Positions 26,733 to 36,238 of a DNA stretch of 64,000 bases are shown here, piece after piece; the first letter of the stretch is position 1; every line of letters starts with the position of its first letter. The stretch spans positions 1,107 through 65,106 of the IMG/VR virus record IMGVR_UViG_3300034082_003278. The stretch is one strand, 5' to 3'. This stretch comes from a virus. Taxonomy: Duplodnaviria; Caudoviricetes. A program made the translations under genes and the position numbers. The notes under the pieces are model-generated. The model worked only from the letters and a program-made list of their open reading frames with translations, searched no databases and was not told where the DNA came from.

Positions 26733-27053
26733 ATGTCGATATCACTGGAACCACTTAAAATAACGGCTCCAGCTCTACACCGATTTTGGTTCACGCTGTC
26801 CACTGTAGACCAATGGTATGCTGTCATGCACGAATGTCGAAATCTGTACGGTCTCAACTGGCGTACTCAACGTCATGTCTTGAAAGGATTTCGCAAGGTA
26901 TCCAGTTACAGTCCTGTCATACAACGTTGGATGAAAGAGCATTGTCCACAAACAGTGTGGTTTGACGTGCCGGATCCGCAGTTTGCTACCTGGGTAGCTG
27001 TCAAGTTTAGTATACAAGTAGCCAGTGAAATCAAACACAATAACGGTAAATAA
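26733..27053 (+). CDS. Small paralog-family protein (..WFDVPDPQFATWVAVKF)
   Basis: C-terminal motif shared with about 10 other ORFs. Confidence 0.65.
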   Translation: MSISLEPLKITAPALHRFWFTLSTVDQWYAVMHECRNLYGLNWRTQRHVLKGFRKVSSYSPVIQRWMKEHCPQTVWFDVPDPQFATWVAVKFSIQVASEIKHNNGK

Positions 27054-27059
27054 TTCACT

Positions 27060-28796
27060 ATGTTCTTAACCTATCTCATGTTGGCTGTGGCCTTGTGCCT
27101 CAGTGCTGTAGCTGCATTTTACTCTATTGTTGGGCTCACAGCCATTTTCGCTGCATCGGTAATTTCGGTAGTGATTATGGGATCAATCTTAGAAGTGGCC
27201 AAACTGGTGATCACAGTATGGCTGCACGAATACTGGCAGCAGGTCAAGATTACAATGAAACTGTATCTGGTGCCGGCCGTGGTTATCCTGATGTTTATCA
27301 CCAGCATGGGCATTTTTGGATTCTTAAGCAAGGCACATATCGAACAAGTGGGTGTGGGCCAAGAAAATGCTGCACAGTTACAACGCATTGATGCAGAACT
27401 AAAACGTCAAACTGACGTGGTCGAAAAGGCCGAAGCTCGTGCCCGTACTTTAGAAACTTCAGGCACAGGTGCTGACGCCAATGTCAACAGTCAGATCCGC
27501 ACAGAGCAGTCACGCATAGATGCTGCCTTGGCTCGAGTGCAGCCGGCCATTGATGAACAAAACAAAATCATTGATGCACAAACTCGAATATATCAAGATC
27601 AGATCAATAAGATAGACCAACAATCGGCACAGTTGCAGAAGTTTATAGATGACAAAGAAATCAACAAGGCACAGGCCTTGGTAGGCACAGCAGTGGATGG
27701 TAATTGGGGACCTGGCACTGCAGCGGCAGTGCGCACGTGGCAAGGTGCCCGGGCAAGAGAACGATCAGAAGCTGTTGTTAAACTGGAACAGGCCAATGAC
27801 AATCCTGTTATACGAGCTGCCAGAGAAGAAATTGCCCGTGTGCGACGCACAGTAGAAACCCAAGTGGCAGAATCAAATCGTTTGATTGATCGCTTGCGTA
27901 ATCAATTGGGCAAGGGTGATACTGCCAGCGTAGAAACTTTGGTAAACGAACAACAAGATCGTATTCGAAGTGCTACTACAGAAATAGAAACTCTCACCAG
28001 AAAAAAATACGATTTGCAAGCAGAGTATCGCAAGTTGGAAGTTGAAGTAGGTCCTATCAAATACATTGCAGAACTTATCTACGGAGAGTCCACAGACACC
28101 AACCTGCTGGAAAAAGCAGTGCGTTGGGTTATCATATTGATCGTGGCTGTGTTTGATCCCTTGGCTGTGATGATGTTGTTGGCAGCCACAGAAAGCATGG
28201 CTTGGATCCGACAGCGATCTCCAAAACACAAAAACAAACTGAACCATGCTGCATCTGCAGATACTGTGCCCGCAGTGTCATGGACAAAATTTTATTCTTG
28301 GCCGATCTCACCAGCAGTAAATCAGCAACCTATTACAGACACAGCAGAAAAAAAAACTGATCAAAGTCTAGACGAAGAAGACGATGTCAATGAGCCTGCT
28401 TCAGTTAAGGAAGCCAAAAAAAATTGGAAAGCAGATCATCCGGGACACACACTAAAAGAGCAAAAACGTTTGTTGGCAACCGGAGCAATTGATAAATTGC
28501 CCTGGGAAGAATATTTGGTACCCTTGGTCGAAGCCGACAATGATGTCAGATTTGGTAATCAATGGCCTGAAAATTCTGCCAAAGGTGCCATGTTCTTGAA
28601 TACCAACCACTACCCTACCAAGCTGTTTAAATACAATGGATCCAAGTGGATCGAAGTCGACAAAAATCTTTCCGACAACTATGTTTATAACGATGCCTAT
28701 ATCAATTACTTGATGGACAAGATCAGCACCGGCGAATACGACATTGACATGTTGTCGGACGCCGAACGAATTCAGATTGAAACAAGACTCAAATAG
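27060..28796 (+). CDS. Membrane-anchored coiled-coil protein with peptidoglycan-binding motif
   Basis: Three N-terminal TMs, long coiled coil, VDGNWGPGTAAAVRTWQ and EVGPIKYIA..FDPLA TM; late promoter at 27047-27052. Confidence 0.75.
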   Translation: MFLTYLMLAVALCLSAVAAFYSIVGLTAIFAASVISVVIMGSILEVAKLVITVWLHEYWQQVKITMKLYLVPAVVILMFITSMGIFGFLSKAHIEQVGVGQENAAQLQRIDAELKRQTDVVEKAEARARTLETSGTGADANVNSQIRTEQSRIDAALARVQPAIDEQNKIIDAQTRIYQDQINKIDQQSAQLQKFIDDKEINKAQALVGTAVDGNWGPGTAAAVRTWQGARARERSEAVVKLEQANDNPVIRAAREEIARVRRTVETQVAESNRLIDRLRNQLGKGDTASVETLVNEQQDRIRSATTEIETLTRKKYDLQAEYRKLEVEVGPIKYIAELIYGESTDTNLLEKAVRWVIILIVAVFDPLAVMMLLAATESMAWIRQRSPKHKNKLNHAASADTVPAVSWTKFYSWPISPAVNQQPITDTAEKKTDQSLDEEDDVNEPASVKEAKKNWKADHPGHTLKEQKRLLATGAIDKLPWEEYLVPLVEADNDVRFGNQWPENSAKGAMFLNTNHYPTKLFKYNGSKWIEVDKNLSDNYVYNDAYINYLMDKISTGEYDIDMLSDAERIQIETRLK

Positions 28797-28804
28797 GAAA
28801 CACA

Positions 28805-30031
28805 ATGACAAACGCAATCAAACATGTCTGTAGTTTTTGCGGTAAGAAGAAAGAAGAAGTAAAAAAACTCATTGTCAGCGACGATGTTGCTATTTGTAAT
28901 GAATGTGTAGAATTTTGTGAAACACTGTTGAAAGAAGATGCTGTAGCAGATTCAGTTGACACAAAGATCGTACCGAACGCAGACCCCATGCAGTTGAAAA
29001 AATTCATTGATCAATATGTGATTGGACAAGATCAAGGCAAGATCATATTGAGTGTGGCAATTATAAATCATTATAAACGAGTGCTTGGTATTAAAAATAT
29101 TGCCAGTGCTGATAGAGACTTGGAAATAGCCAAGGCCAATATTTTAATGATTGGCCCCAGTGGTTCCGGAAAAACCTTGTTGGCCAAGACAGTGGCACGA
29201 TACCTTGATGTGCCGTTTGTGATCGCTGACGCTACTAGCATTACTGAAGCAGGCTATGTTGGTGACGATGTTGAATCTTTGATAGCAAGACTGTATGCTG
29301 CCAGTGGCAACAGCATTGAAAAAACACAACGCGGTATCATTTACATTGATGAAATTGACAAGATTGCTCGCAAAAGCGAAAGCAGCAGCATCACTAGAGA
29401 CGTCAGTGGTGAAGGAGTACAGCAGGCCCTGCTGAAGTTGGTAGAAGGCACTGTTTGTCGAGTACCTCCGAGCGGCGGTAGAAAGCATCCAGGCGGCGAA
29501 ATGATCGAAGTAGATACCACAGATATTTTGTTCATTGCCGGCGGCGCATTTGTCGGTCTAGACAACATAATCAAAACTCGAACACAAGGAACTGCCATTG
29601 GGTTCGGATCAAAACTTGATGTGGCCAAGCAAGACATGTTGGGAAAAGTTACTCCGGATGACTTGGTAAAATTTGGGATGATTCCAGAATTTATAGGACG
29701 ATTTCCCGGCTTGGTTTGTTTGAATATCTTGGAACGGGCTGACCTTAGAAATATTCTTACTCAAAGCAAAAACAATTTGATACAGCAGTATCACTGGCTG
29801 TTTGAACAAGATCAAGTAGAACTAGAATTTACTGCAGATGCTGTTGATGTGGTAGTTGATCGTGCCATGGACTCTGGCACCGGTGCTCGTGCCCTACACG
29901 CTGAATTAGAAAGCATCCTAATGCCTCACATGTTTCATTTAAAACAGTATCAACGGGATAAAATTAATCGTGTAGTGATCGATAAAACCCAGGTAAATAA
30001 TCCTACCGTACTTGAAAGGAAAATAGATTGA
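28805..30031 (+). CDS. clpX: ATP-dependent Clp protease ATPase ClpX
   Basis: CSFCGK zinc domain, GPSGSGKT, IDEIDK, RKHP and IGF loop. Confidence 0.97.
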   Translation: MTNAIKHVCSFCGKKKEEVKKLIVSDDVAICNECVEFCETLLKEDAVADSVDTKIVPNADPMQLKKFIDQYVIGQDQGKIILSVAIINHYKRVLGIKNIASADRDLEIAKANILMIGPSGSGKTLLAKTVARYLDVPFVIADATSITEAGYVGDDVESLIARLYAASGNSIEKTQRGIIYIDEIDKIARKSESSSITRDVSGEGVQQALLKLVEGTVCRVPPSGGRKHPGGEMIEVDTTDILFIAGGAFVGLDNIIKTRTQGTAIGFGSKLDVAKQDMLGKVTPDDLVKFGMIPEFIGRFPGLVCLNILERADLRNILTQSKNNLIQQYHWLFEQDQVELEFTADAVDVVVDRAMDSGTGARALHAELESILMPHMFHLKQYQRDKINRVVIDKTQVNNPTVLERKID

Positions 30032-30249
30032 AATTACTAGGAAGAACTGTGATCGTCAACGACGAAAACATCGAACGTGCCCTGCGCAAGTTCAAGAAGA
30101 AGATCGGCGAGTCAGGTCTGTTGTTAGAACTGCGCGAACGTGAAACCTTTGTTAAACCAACCACACGAAAAAAAGTCAAAGCAGCACAGGCCAAGAGTCG
30201 CTGGAAAAAGTACCTGCGCAGCCAAGAACTTCCCAAAAAAATGTACTGA
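30028..30249 (+). CDS. rpsU: Ribosomal protein bS21
   Basis: ENIERALRKFKKK...ELRERETFVKPT. Confidence 0.92.
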   Translation: MKLLGRTVIVNDENIERALRKFKKKIGESGLLLELRERETFVKPTTRKKVKAAQAKSRWKKYLRSQELPKKMY

Positions 30250-30515
30250 TGTTGATTGAGTTCTACTTGCCAGCTGAACGCGGTGGATTTTTGCCTATGC
30301 ATGCTGCACGTCGAATATCGCAAGAAATTGCCAAGTGGGCCGAGCGCCACAACATAACTTATCAAGAAAAAACTGTCAAATTGATTCATCGGATTTGCTT
30401 CGACGATGATCGTTATTATGTGCTTTTTAAACTGACCTGGAATCCACCATCTAATGCTGATTGGTGGCATAATTTCCGAATTATTGCAGACCGAGAACGT
30501 GATCAACCATTATGA
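30249..30515 (+). CDS. Small paralog-family protein (..CFDDDRYYVLFKLTW)
   Basis: Shared C-terminal motif. Confidence 0.65.
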   Translation: MLIEFYLPAERGGFLPMHAARRISQEIAKWAERHNITYQEKTVKLIHRICFDDDRYYVLFKLTWNPPSNADWWHNFRIIADRERDQPL

Positions 30516-30538
30516 TTGTTTTACGATTGTGATCGTGC

Positions 30539-30613
30539 TATAATAAATAAACGTACAAGATGCCTAACGGGTCTTGTTACATAGTCAAACTTGCTTAATA
30601 GGAGAACAACATG
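30539..30613 (+). promoter_or_regulatory. hsp20 promoter(s) and ROSE-like RNA thermometer
   Basis: TGCTATAAT overlaps TAAATA. A 5' hairpin spans 30555-30577, and UUGCU (30591-30595) lies opposite the AGGAG SD (30600-30604). Confidence 0.65.
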
Positions 30614-31066
30614 ACTAGAATTACATCACTAGACCTTACCCCTTTTTACCGCAATTCTGTTGGAGTAGATCGTTTGTTTGATCGCATCACCAAACAGTTG
30701 GATGGAACCACAAACAACAATTACCCTCCCTACGACATTGTCAAGACCGGCAACGAAACTTACGAAATTCGGTTAGCGGTGGCTGGCTTTCGACCCGGTG
30801 AGATTGATATTGAATTTCACGAAGGTTCTTTAACTGTGCGTAGCAATCGACAGGAGCAGTTGGAAGTAGAGTATCTGCATCATGGCATCAGCAACCGCGA
30901 TTTTGTACGCAGTTGGACCTTGGGTGAATATGTGGAAGTCCAGGAAGCCAACTTCCAAGATGGCATCTTGACCATTGGATTGGAGCGCATTGTTCCTGAG
31001 TCACAAAAGCCCAGAAAGATTGCTATCAACAACCAGATCCCAACGTTAGACAATTCAATCAAATAA
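30611..31066 (+). CDS. Small heat-shock protein Hsp20 (IbpA-like)
   Basis: NYPPYDI, LAVAGF, YLHHGIS.R.F and DGIL...L.R.VPE..KPRKI.I. Confidence 0.95.
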   Translation: MTRITSLDLTPFYRNSVGVDRLFDRITKQLDGTTNNNYPPYDIVKTGNETYEIRLAVAGFRPGEIDIEFHEGSLTVRSNRQEQLEVEYLHHGISNRDFVRSWTLGEYVEVQEANFQDGILTIGLERIVPESQKPRKIAINNQIPTLDNSIK

Positions 31067-31120
31067 CCTCAACAGTAAACAAGGCTGCATCCTGCAGCCT
31101 TGTGTCACACAAGGACCAGC

Positions 31121-31423
31121 ATGTCACAAATTGAAACCAAAAGCAAAATCAGCGTCAAGTTAAAAGAGCCTCCCATGTATAAGATTATCTACATGAATGA
31201 CGATCAAACTTCGATTGAATTTGTAATCGGCAGCTTGATTGAATACTTCGAGTATGATGCAGTCACAGCCGAAAAAATTACCATGGATATACACGGCGCC
31301 GGTTCTGCAGTGGTAGCAGTCTTACCTTATGAATTAGCCGAGCAAAAAGGTATTGAAATCACAGTCAGCGCACGAAGCGAAGGCTATCCTTTGCAAATCA
31401 AACTGGAACCGGACGTGGCATGA
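31121..31423 (+). CDS. clpS: N-end-rule adaptor ClpS
   Basis: PPMYKIIYMNDDQTSIEFV, IH..G.AVV and YPL. Confidence 0.9.
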   Translation: MSQIETKSKISVKLKEPPMYKIIYMNDDQTSIEFVIGSLIEYFEYDAVTAEKITMDIHGAGSAVVAVLPYELAEQKGIEITVSARSEGYPLQIKLEPDVA

Positions 31424-31776
31424 ACATAATGTTCGGTGATTCCTTAACAGACGACATCAAAAACAGGTATACTGTTTTGCAGCTGGACACATTTTATTTT
31501 GCTGAGATTGATCAAACTCGTGTAGCCTACTGTCTAATAGAAACTGTGCCGATTACAGAAATGATAAGAATAGACAAAGATATTGAATTGCACAACAATG
31601 TGTTACGCAACTATGCCTTGAAGAATTGGAATTACTGTATTGATGCTATCGAACATCTCAAAGGACGCTGGAATGGAGAGCTGGATAGTTTTTACGATTC
31701 CATCTTGCAACGTGTGGACAAACTGCGCGACACAGAATTAGACGACAGCTGGGCCGGCATTATTGTTCGCGAGTAA
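31420..31776 (+). CDS. Conserved hypothetical protein with TPR-like C-terminus
   Basis: NW..CI..L.G.WNGELDSFY...W.GII. Confidence 0.65.
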   Translation: MNIMFGDSLTDDIKNRYTVLQLDTFYFAEIDQTRVAYCLIETVPITEMIRIDKDIELHNNVLRNYALKNWNYCIDAIEHLKGRWNGELDSFYDSILQRVDKLRDTELDDSWAGIIVRE

Positions 31777-33037
31777 TTCGCCGAGCCAGTCGCTGCTGTC
31801 GATAAAGTGGTACTAGAGGTGTGGTTGGGGAAAGTACAAGTTTGGTTTTAAGTTGTTGTTTTTTTTCTCGACGTTGTTGCCACCACATATCTAAATCTAA
31901 TTCTCCTGCGTGAGTAAAAAATGCTGCAGCAACATTTCTTTCTAGTTCATCGACTACTTGCTGATGAAATTCTGGAGAAAAAAATCTTTTGCGATTTAAT
32001 TCGGCAATGGATCTCAATATTTGTATCAAACTATCGAACTGTTTTTTTGGTAATGATGCAATACGCCGCATTTCTGACACAATAGCAGCCAGTCGCTCTT
32101 GAGCATCTTGTATGTCGTCATAACTTTCGTTTATATAACCAGCAAACGTATGGAATCCGTAGGATCTTAATAGTTTTAAACTGCCTGGCCCGGCTGCTAA
32201 AATAAAAGGATGCCCGCATGCAATTGGCCTTAAGATTTTTTCTGTTAAATGTATTCTGTTGTCAAACACAGTTTCCAATACCACGCTAATTGTCGTGTTA
32301 TTGAAATCTTCTGAATTGTAAACAGCACTGGATTCTGCTCCGTGATCTGCACCGTCAAAAGATTGTGTTTGGCACTGATCTGATATTCTATTATGAGATA
32401 CCAAATTCAAGAAATCTTTACGATATTGCCTTGATCCTGTGGTATCTCGACAATAAGAGAGAAATATTTTTTTTGATGTGCTTACTGGTGTCAAGGACAG
32501 ATCATATTCAGCATAGCGATACCAATCTCTGGCTATAACAGCATGACTCCACCAATATGCACCGCAAAATCGACCTGTATCTTCGTAAAGTTTTAGCTCT
32601 GATGAATTAAGTTCTGAATGTAACAATATCCAGCTTTTTTGAAGAGAGTACGGAAGAGCTAGTCGTAAATTGATATTTTTAAAACTGTCAAGCAACAGAG
32701 ATCCGTTTTTATTTTGCCAGTATTGAAAAATTTTATTAACATATTTGGAATCCTTGTGATATAAAGAATAATTAAGTGGTTCTTGATCGTGACAAAGAAT
32801 CGTGGGCTGAATTAGAGAAACTCGATCGAGTTCCATGGCAGCGGAATATTTAAGAGGCAATTTAGATCGGTCCTCAATGGATATTCCCTTAGGTCCGTCT
32901 AGCCACTGATTATCAATTTGATAAAAGATTGCATTTTCGATAGCTCGTTCGCCCCAGGGATAAAAATACAAAAGAAAGTATTTATTTTTTGTAACTTGGT
33001 GAACAAAGTCGTATAAATTATGTACAGGCACTGTCAT
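31760..33037 (-). CDS. Glycosyltransferase-like protein (AT-rich)
   Basis: VVLET...HLTEKILRPIACGHPFI...LRSYGFHTF..INESYD. Confidence 0.6.
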   Translation of the reverse strand: MTVPVHNLYDFVHQVTKNKYFLLYFYPWGERAIENAIFYQIDNQWLDGPKGISIEDRSKLPLKYSAAMELDRVSLIQPTILCHDQEPLNYSLYHKDSKYVNKIFQYWQNKNGSLLLDSFKNINLRLALPYSLQKSWILLHSELNSSELKLYEDTGRFCGAYWWSHAVIARDWYRYAEYDLSLTPVSTSKKIFLSYCRDTTGSRQYRKDFLNLVSHNRISDQCQTQSFDGADHGAESSAVYNSEDFNNTTISVVLETVFDNRIHLTEKILRPIACGHPFILAAGPGSLKLLRSYGFHTFAGYINESYDDIQDAQERLAAIVSEMRRIASLPKKQFDSLIQILRSIAELNRKRFFSPEFHQQVVDELERNVAAAFFTHAGELDLDMWWQQRREKKQQLKTKLVLSPTTPLVPLYRQQRLARRITREQ

Positions 33038-33048
33038 TTGGAGATGTT

Positions 33049-34296
33049 ATGAATATTGGTTTTATTGGATTAGGAAAACTCGGTCTAGACTGCGCAGAGG
33101 TGTTTGCAGAAAAGCACACAGTGAGAGGTTATGATATTTACCCAAGACTCAGCGACCAGGTAAAAGTTTCGTCGGCTGAAGAAACTATCAACCTCAGTGA
33201 CTGGATCTTTATAGCTGTTCCTACCCCACATGCCGAAGGATATGACGGATCTGTACCTAGTAGTCACATGACTCCGCGAGACTTTGGGCATGATGCAGTA
33301 CTCGACGCCATTGCGTTGATTAATCAGCATGCTACTTCACCCAAAAAGGTTGTGTTGATTTCCACTGTGCTGCCCGGTACAACACGGCGTAAGTTTGTAA
33401 CAGAATTAGACTCTAAACACAAATTTTTATATAATCCTTACTTGATTGCCATGGGTTCGGTTAAATGGGACATGGTCAACCCAGAAATGATCATGATCGG
33501 AACCGAAGATGGAAACCCTACGGCCTTAGCCGGTGAGTTAATTGACTTGTACAAAACCATCATGCAGAATAATCCACGCTACGAGATTGGTACCTGGGAC
33601 GAATGCGAAGCCATCAAAATTTTCTACAACACTTTCATCAGTGCCAAAGTGGGCCTGGCCAACATGATACAAGATTTTGCTATCCGAATTGGCAATATCA
33701 ATGTAGATGTAGTTACCAATGCCTTGGCCAAAAGCACCATGCGAATCATGGGACCTAAATACATGACCGCCGGCATGGGCGATTCTGGTGCTTGCCATCC
33801 CAGAGACAACATTGCTCTGCGTTGGCTAGCACAAGAATACAATATCGGATACGATTTATTTGATACAATCATGCATGCTCGTGAAATACAAGCTAAAAAC
33901 ATGGCACAGTATCTATTGGATTTGTCCGAATATCATGCCTTGCCTATTGTCATACATGGAAAAGCCTACAAGCCTGATGTTCCTTACTGCATTGGAAGTT
34001 ATTCAACCTTGGTTGGATACTATGTTGTAGAAGGCGGCCGAGACATTACCTATGTGGATCCTTTGGCAGACGATACTCAACATGTTGCAGCACCTGAATT
34101 AATCAAATGGCCTGCTGTGGTTTTGATGGCACACAATCGTTATATCACCTACGGTTATACAGGCCAAGCAGGCGAAGACACATTTTACTTTGACATCAAA
34201 CCTGGTTCTGTGGTGGTTGATCCTTGGAGACGTTTGCCCAAAGACATGCCCGGAGTCAAGGAGGTCGTACACTATGGCAATACCAGACAAGTTTAA
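33049..34296 (+). CDS. ugd: UDP-glucose/GDP-mannose dehydrogenase family protein
   Basis: GLGKLG, IAVPTP, STVLPGTT, EAIKIFYN, GACHPRD (catalytic Cys) and AYKPD. Confidence 0.88.
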   Translation: MNIGFIGLGKLGLDCAEVFAEKHTVRGYDIYPRLSDQVKVSSAEETINLSDWIFIAVPTPHAEGYDGSVPSSHMTPRDFGHDAVLDAIALINQHATSPKKVVLISTVLPGTTRRKFVTELDSKHKFLYNPYLIAMGSVKWDMVNPEMIMIGTEDGNPTALAGELIDLYKTIMQNNPRYEIGTWDECEAIKIFYNTFISAKVGLANMIQDFAIRIGNINVDVVTNALAKSTMRIMGPKYMTAGMGDSGACHPRDNIALRWLAQEYNIGYDLFDTIMHAREIQAKNMAQYLLDLSEYHALPIVIHGKAYKPDVPYCIGSYSTLVGYYVVEGGRDITYVDPLADDTQHVAAPELIKWPAVVLMAHNRYITYGYTGQAGEDTFYFDIKPGSVVVDPWRRLPKDMPGVKEVVHYGNTRQV

Positions 34297-34816
34297 GTGG
34301 TCCAACGGCTGGATAACAAACACGTGGTGGGGATCGTCACACAGAGACTTGCCTTACGTCAACGAACCTTTTAACGATCCTGTTAGTTTAGCTCAATGGC
34401 AGGAACTGGGTTATACACAGACAAGATTCACCGGCGACATGTATGATATGCGTAAACCAGAACCTGCTTGGATTGCACCTTTCCGGCAACACTTCCCATG
34501 GCAACACTTTAGCTGGAGCGTGTATCGTATGGGGCCTGGTACAGTATTACCTAACCATGCTGACACTTATGCTCGATTCCGCGAGATTTACAGTATACAA
34601 GACCCTGCTACAATATTTAGAGCTGTTGTATTTTTAGAAAACTGGCAGTCAGGGCATTACTTTGAAATCGACGGTGAACCAGAAACTGAATGGCCGGCAG
34701 GCGAATACGTAGTATGGCGCAATGCCGTCGAGCATTTAGCAGCCAACGTTGGCACAACAGATCGTTATACATTACAAATTACAGGCGTACCAGATGAAAA
34801 TATCTTCGTGGAATGA
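34274..34816 (+). CDS. 2OG-Fe(II) dioxygenase-like protein
   Basis: PG..LPNHAD and EHLAANVG..DRYTLQITG; paralog of 15091-15747. Confidence 0.75.
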   Translation: MAIPDKFKWSNGWITNTWWGSSHRDLPYVNEPFNDPVSLAQWQELGYTQTRFTGDMYDMRKPEPAWIAPFRQHFPWQHFSWSVYRMGPGTVLPNHADTYARFREIYSIQDPATIFRAVVFLENWQSGHYFEIDGEPETEWPAGEYVVWRNAVEHLAANVGTTDRYTLQITGVPDENIFVE

Positions 34817-35708
34817 GTGGGATACACTGCGTGAAATAATAGTAGGAACAGCTACCAACGCCAATTGGCCACAGCACGATCCTGTATTTCGTGCCGAAGA
34901 AAAAACTACATTATGGAAAGATACTCCGTTGCCTGCAGGCCCAGTACCGCAATGGATTGTAGATGAAACAAATGAAGATCTGTCAGGACTATGCGATATT
35001 CTGCTGACTGCAGGAGTAACAGTACATCGTCCCACCGACATGGATTTTATTGCACTAGATGGTATGTATAACTATTGTCCTAGAGATCGCTTGTTGATTG
35101 CCGGCGATGTTGTTGTTGATACCAATATGCATTATCCATGTCGCAATATAGAAACACAAGCATTGCAGGCAGTCATGCAAAACAACCAAGTTTTGGAGAT
35201 GCCCAAAGAATCAGACTTTGTATTAGACGCAGCCAATATCTGCAGACTCAACGATACTTTGCTGTACTTGGAAAGTGCCAGTGGTAATCGAGCAGCAGCA
35301 GTATGGTTAGATACACACTTGCCAAATTGGAAAGTAGAAACTTGTAATTTCTATGCAGGTGTGCATATTGATTCTACTGTAGTCCCACTTAGAGAAGGTC
35401 TTGTGTTGTTGAATGGCACCAGAGTCAATGCAGCCAACTGCCCGCAGGTATTTAAAACCTGGGATAAGATTTACGTTGATCAAGTGGTACCGCAAAGTTT
35501 TTATCAGTACCCTTATGCCAGTAAATGGATTGCTATGAACATGTTGGTCGTAGATCCGCATACTGTAATTGTAGATCGAAAACAACCCGAACTAATACGC
35601 AAACTAGAGCAATGGAGTTTTACTGTGATTCCGCACGAATTAAGACACAGCCGTACATTAGGTGGCGGATTTCATTGTGTTACATTGGACACATGGAGAC
35701 AAGAGTGA
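34794..35708 (+). CDS. Amidinotransferase (AGAT/StrB1 family)
   Basis: SWNEWDTLREIIVG, CPRD, DAA, HIDST and GGGFHCVT (catalytic Asp/His/Cys). Confidence 0.92.
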   Translation: MKISSWNEWDTLREIIVGTATNANWPQHDPVFRAEEKTTLWKDTPLPAGPVPQWIVDETNEDLSGLCDILLTAGVTVHRPTDMDFIALDGMYNYCPRDRLLIAGDVVVDTNMHYPCRNIETQALQAVMQNNQVLEMPKESDFVLDAANICRLNDTLLYLESASGNRAAAVWLDTHLPNWKVETCNFYAGVHIDSTVVPLREGLVLLNGTRVNAANCPQVFKTWDKIYVDQVVPQSFYQYPYASKWIAMNMLVVDPHTVIVDRKQPELIRKLEQWSFTVIPHELRHSRTLGGGFHCVTLDTWRQE

Positions 35709-36238
35709 ACATCAGCTGGGTCATTGCCGAAGGATATCAATTTGATCCCACCATCAATTTAGATACAATTAAGAATGTTGGTCCAATTTGGGGCAGTTGG
35801 ACCACTTGGCGTGGATGCGGCACTGACAATGTTATTTGCAACAATAAACCCAAGGCCATAGAACTCATTGATCGCAAGTTTAACGAAGGCTGTAACTTTT
35901 ATGTGTCCAATTCCTTATACCACGAATTAGATAAACCTGACAGGGTACAACGATACGGTGGATCATTTCAACACGACATGCAACACACCGACGACATCGT
36001 AGCACTACATTTGGCCAATACCAGTGCTGATATCATATTGATGCTGGGATTTGATTTAATTTCGATTGATACAAATAACCGACACTATTACGGACATGTG
36101 CTGAGCGTGATCAAACAGCACCCTGATACACAATGGGTCTTGGTTGATCATCCCAAAGACCTTTATAAAAACTTTCAAGACCTCTCCAATCTCACTTGCG
36201 ACTCTTTAGGAAATGTGCTACAATTACTAGCACAATGA
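35705..36238 (+). CDS. Hypothetical protein, Rossmann-like glycosyltransferase/DUF115-like
   Basis: WVIA, IWGS and ILMLGFD patterns; GTGA-coupled. Confidence 0.5.
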   Translation: MNISWVIAEGYQFDPTINLDTIKNVGPIWGSWTTWRGCGTDNVICNNKPKAIELIDRKFNEGCNFYVSNSLYHELDKPDRVQRYGGSFQHDMQHTDDIVALHLANTSADIILMLGFDLISIDTNNRHYYGHVLSVIKQHPDTQWVLVDHPKDLYKNFQDLSNLTCDSLGNVLQLLAQ

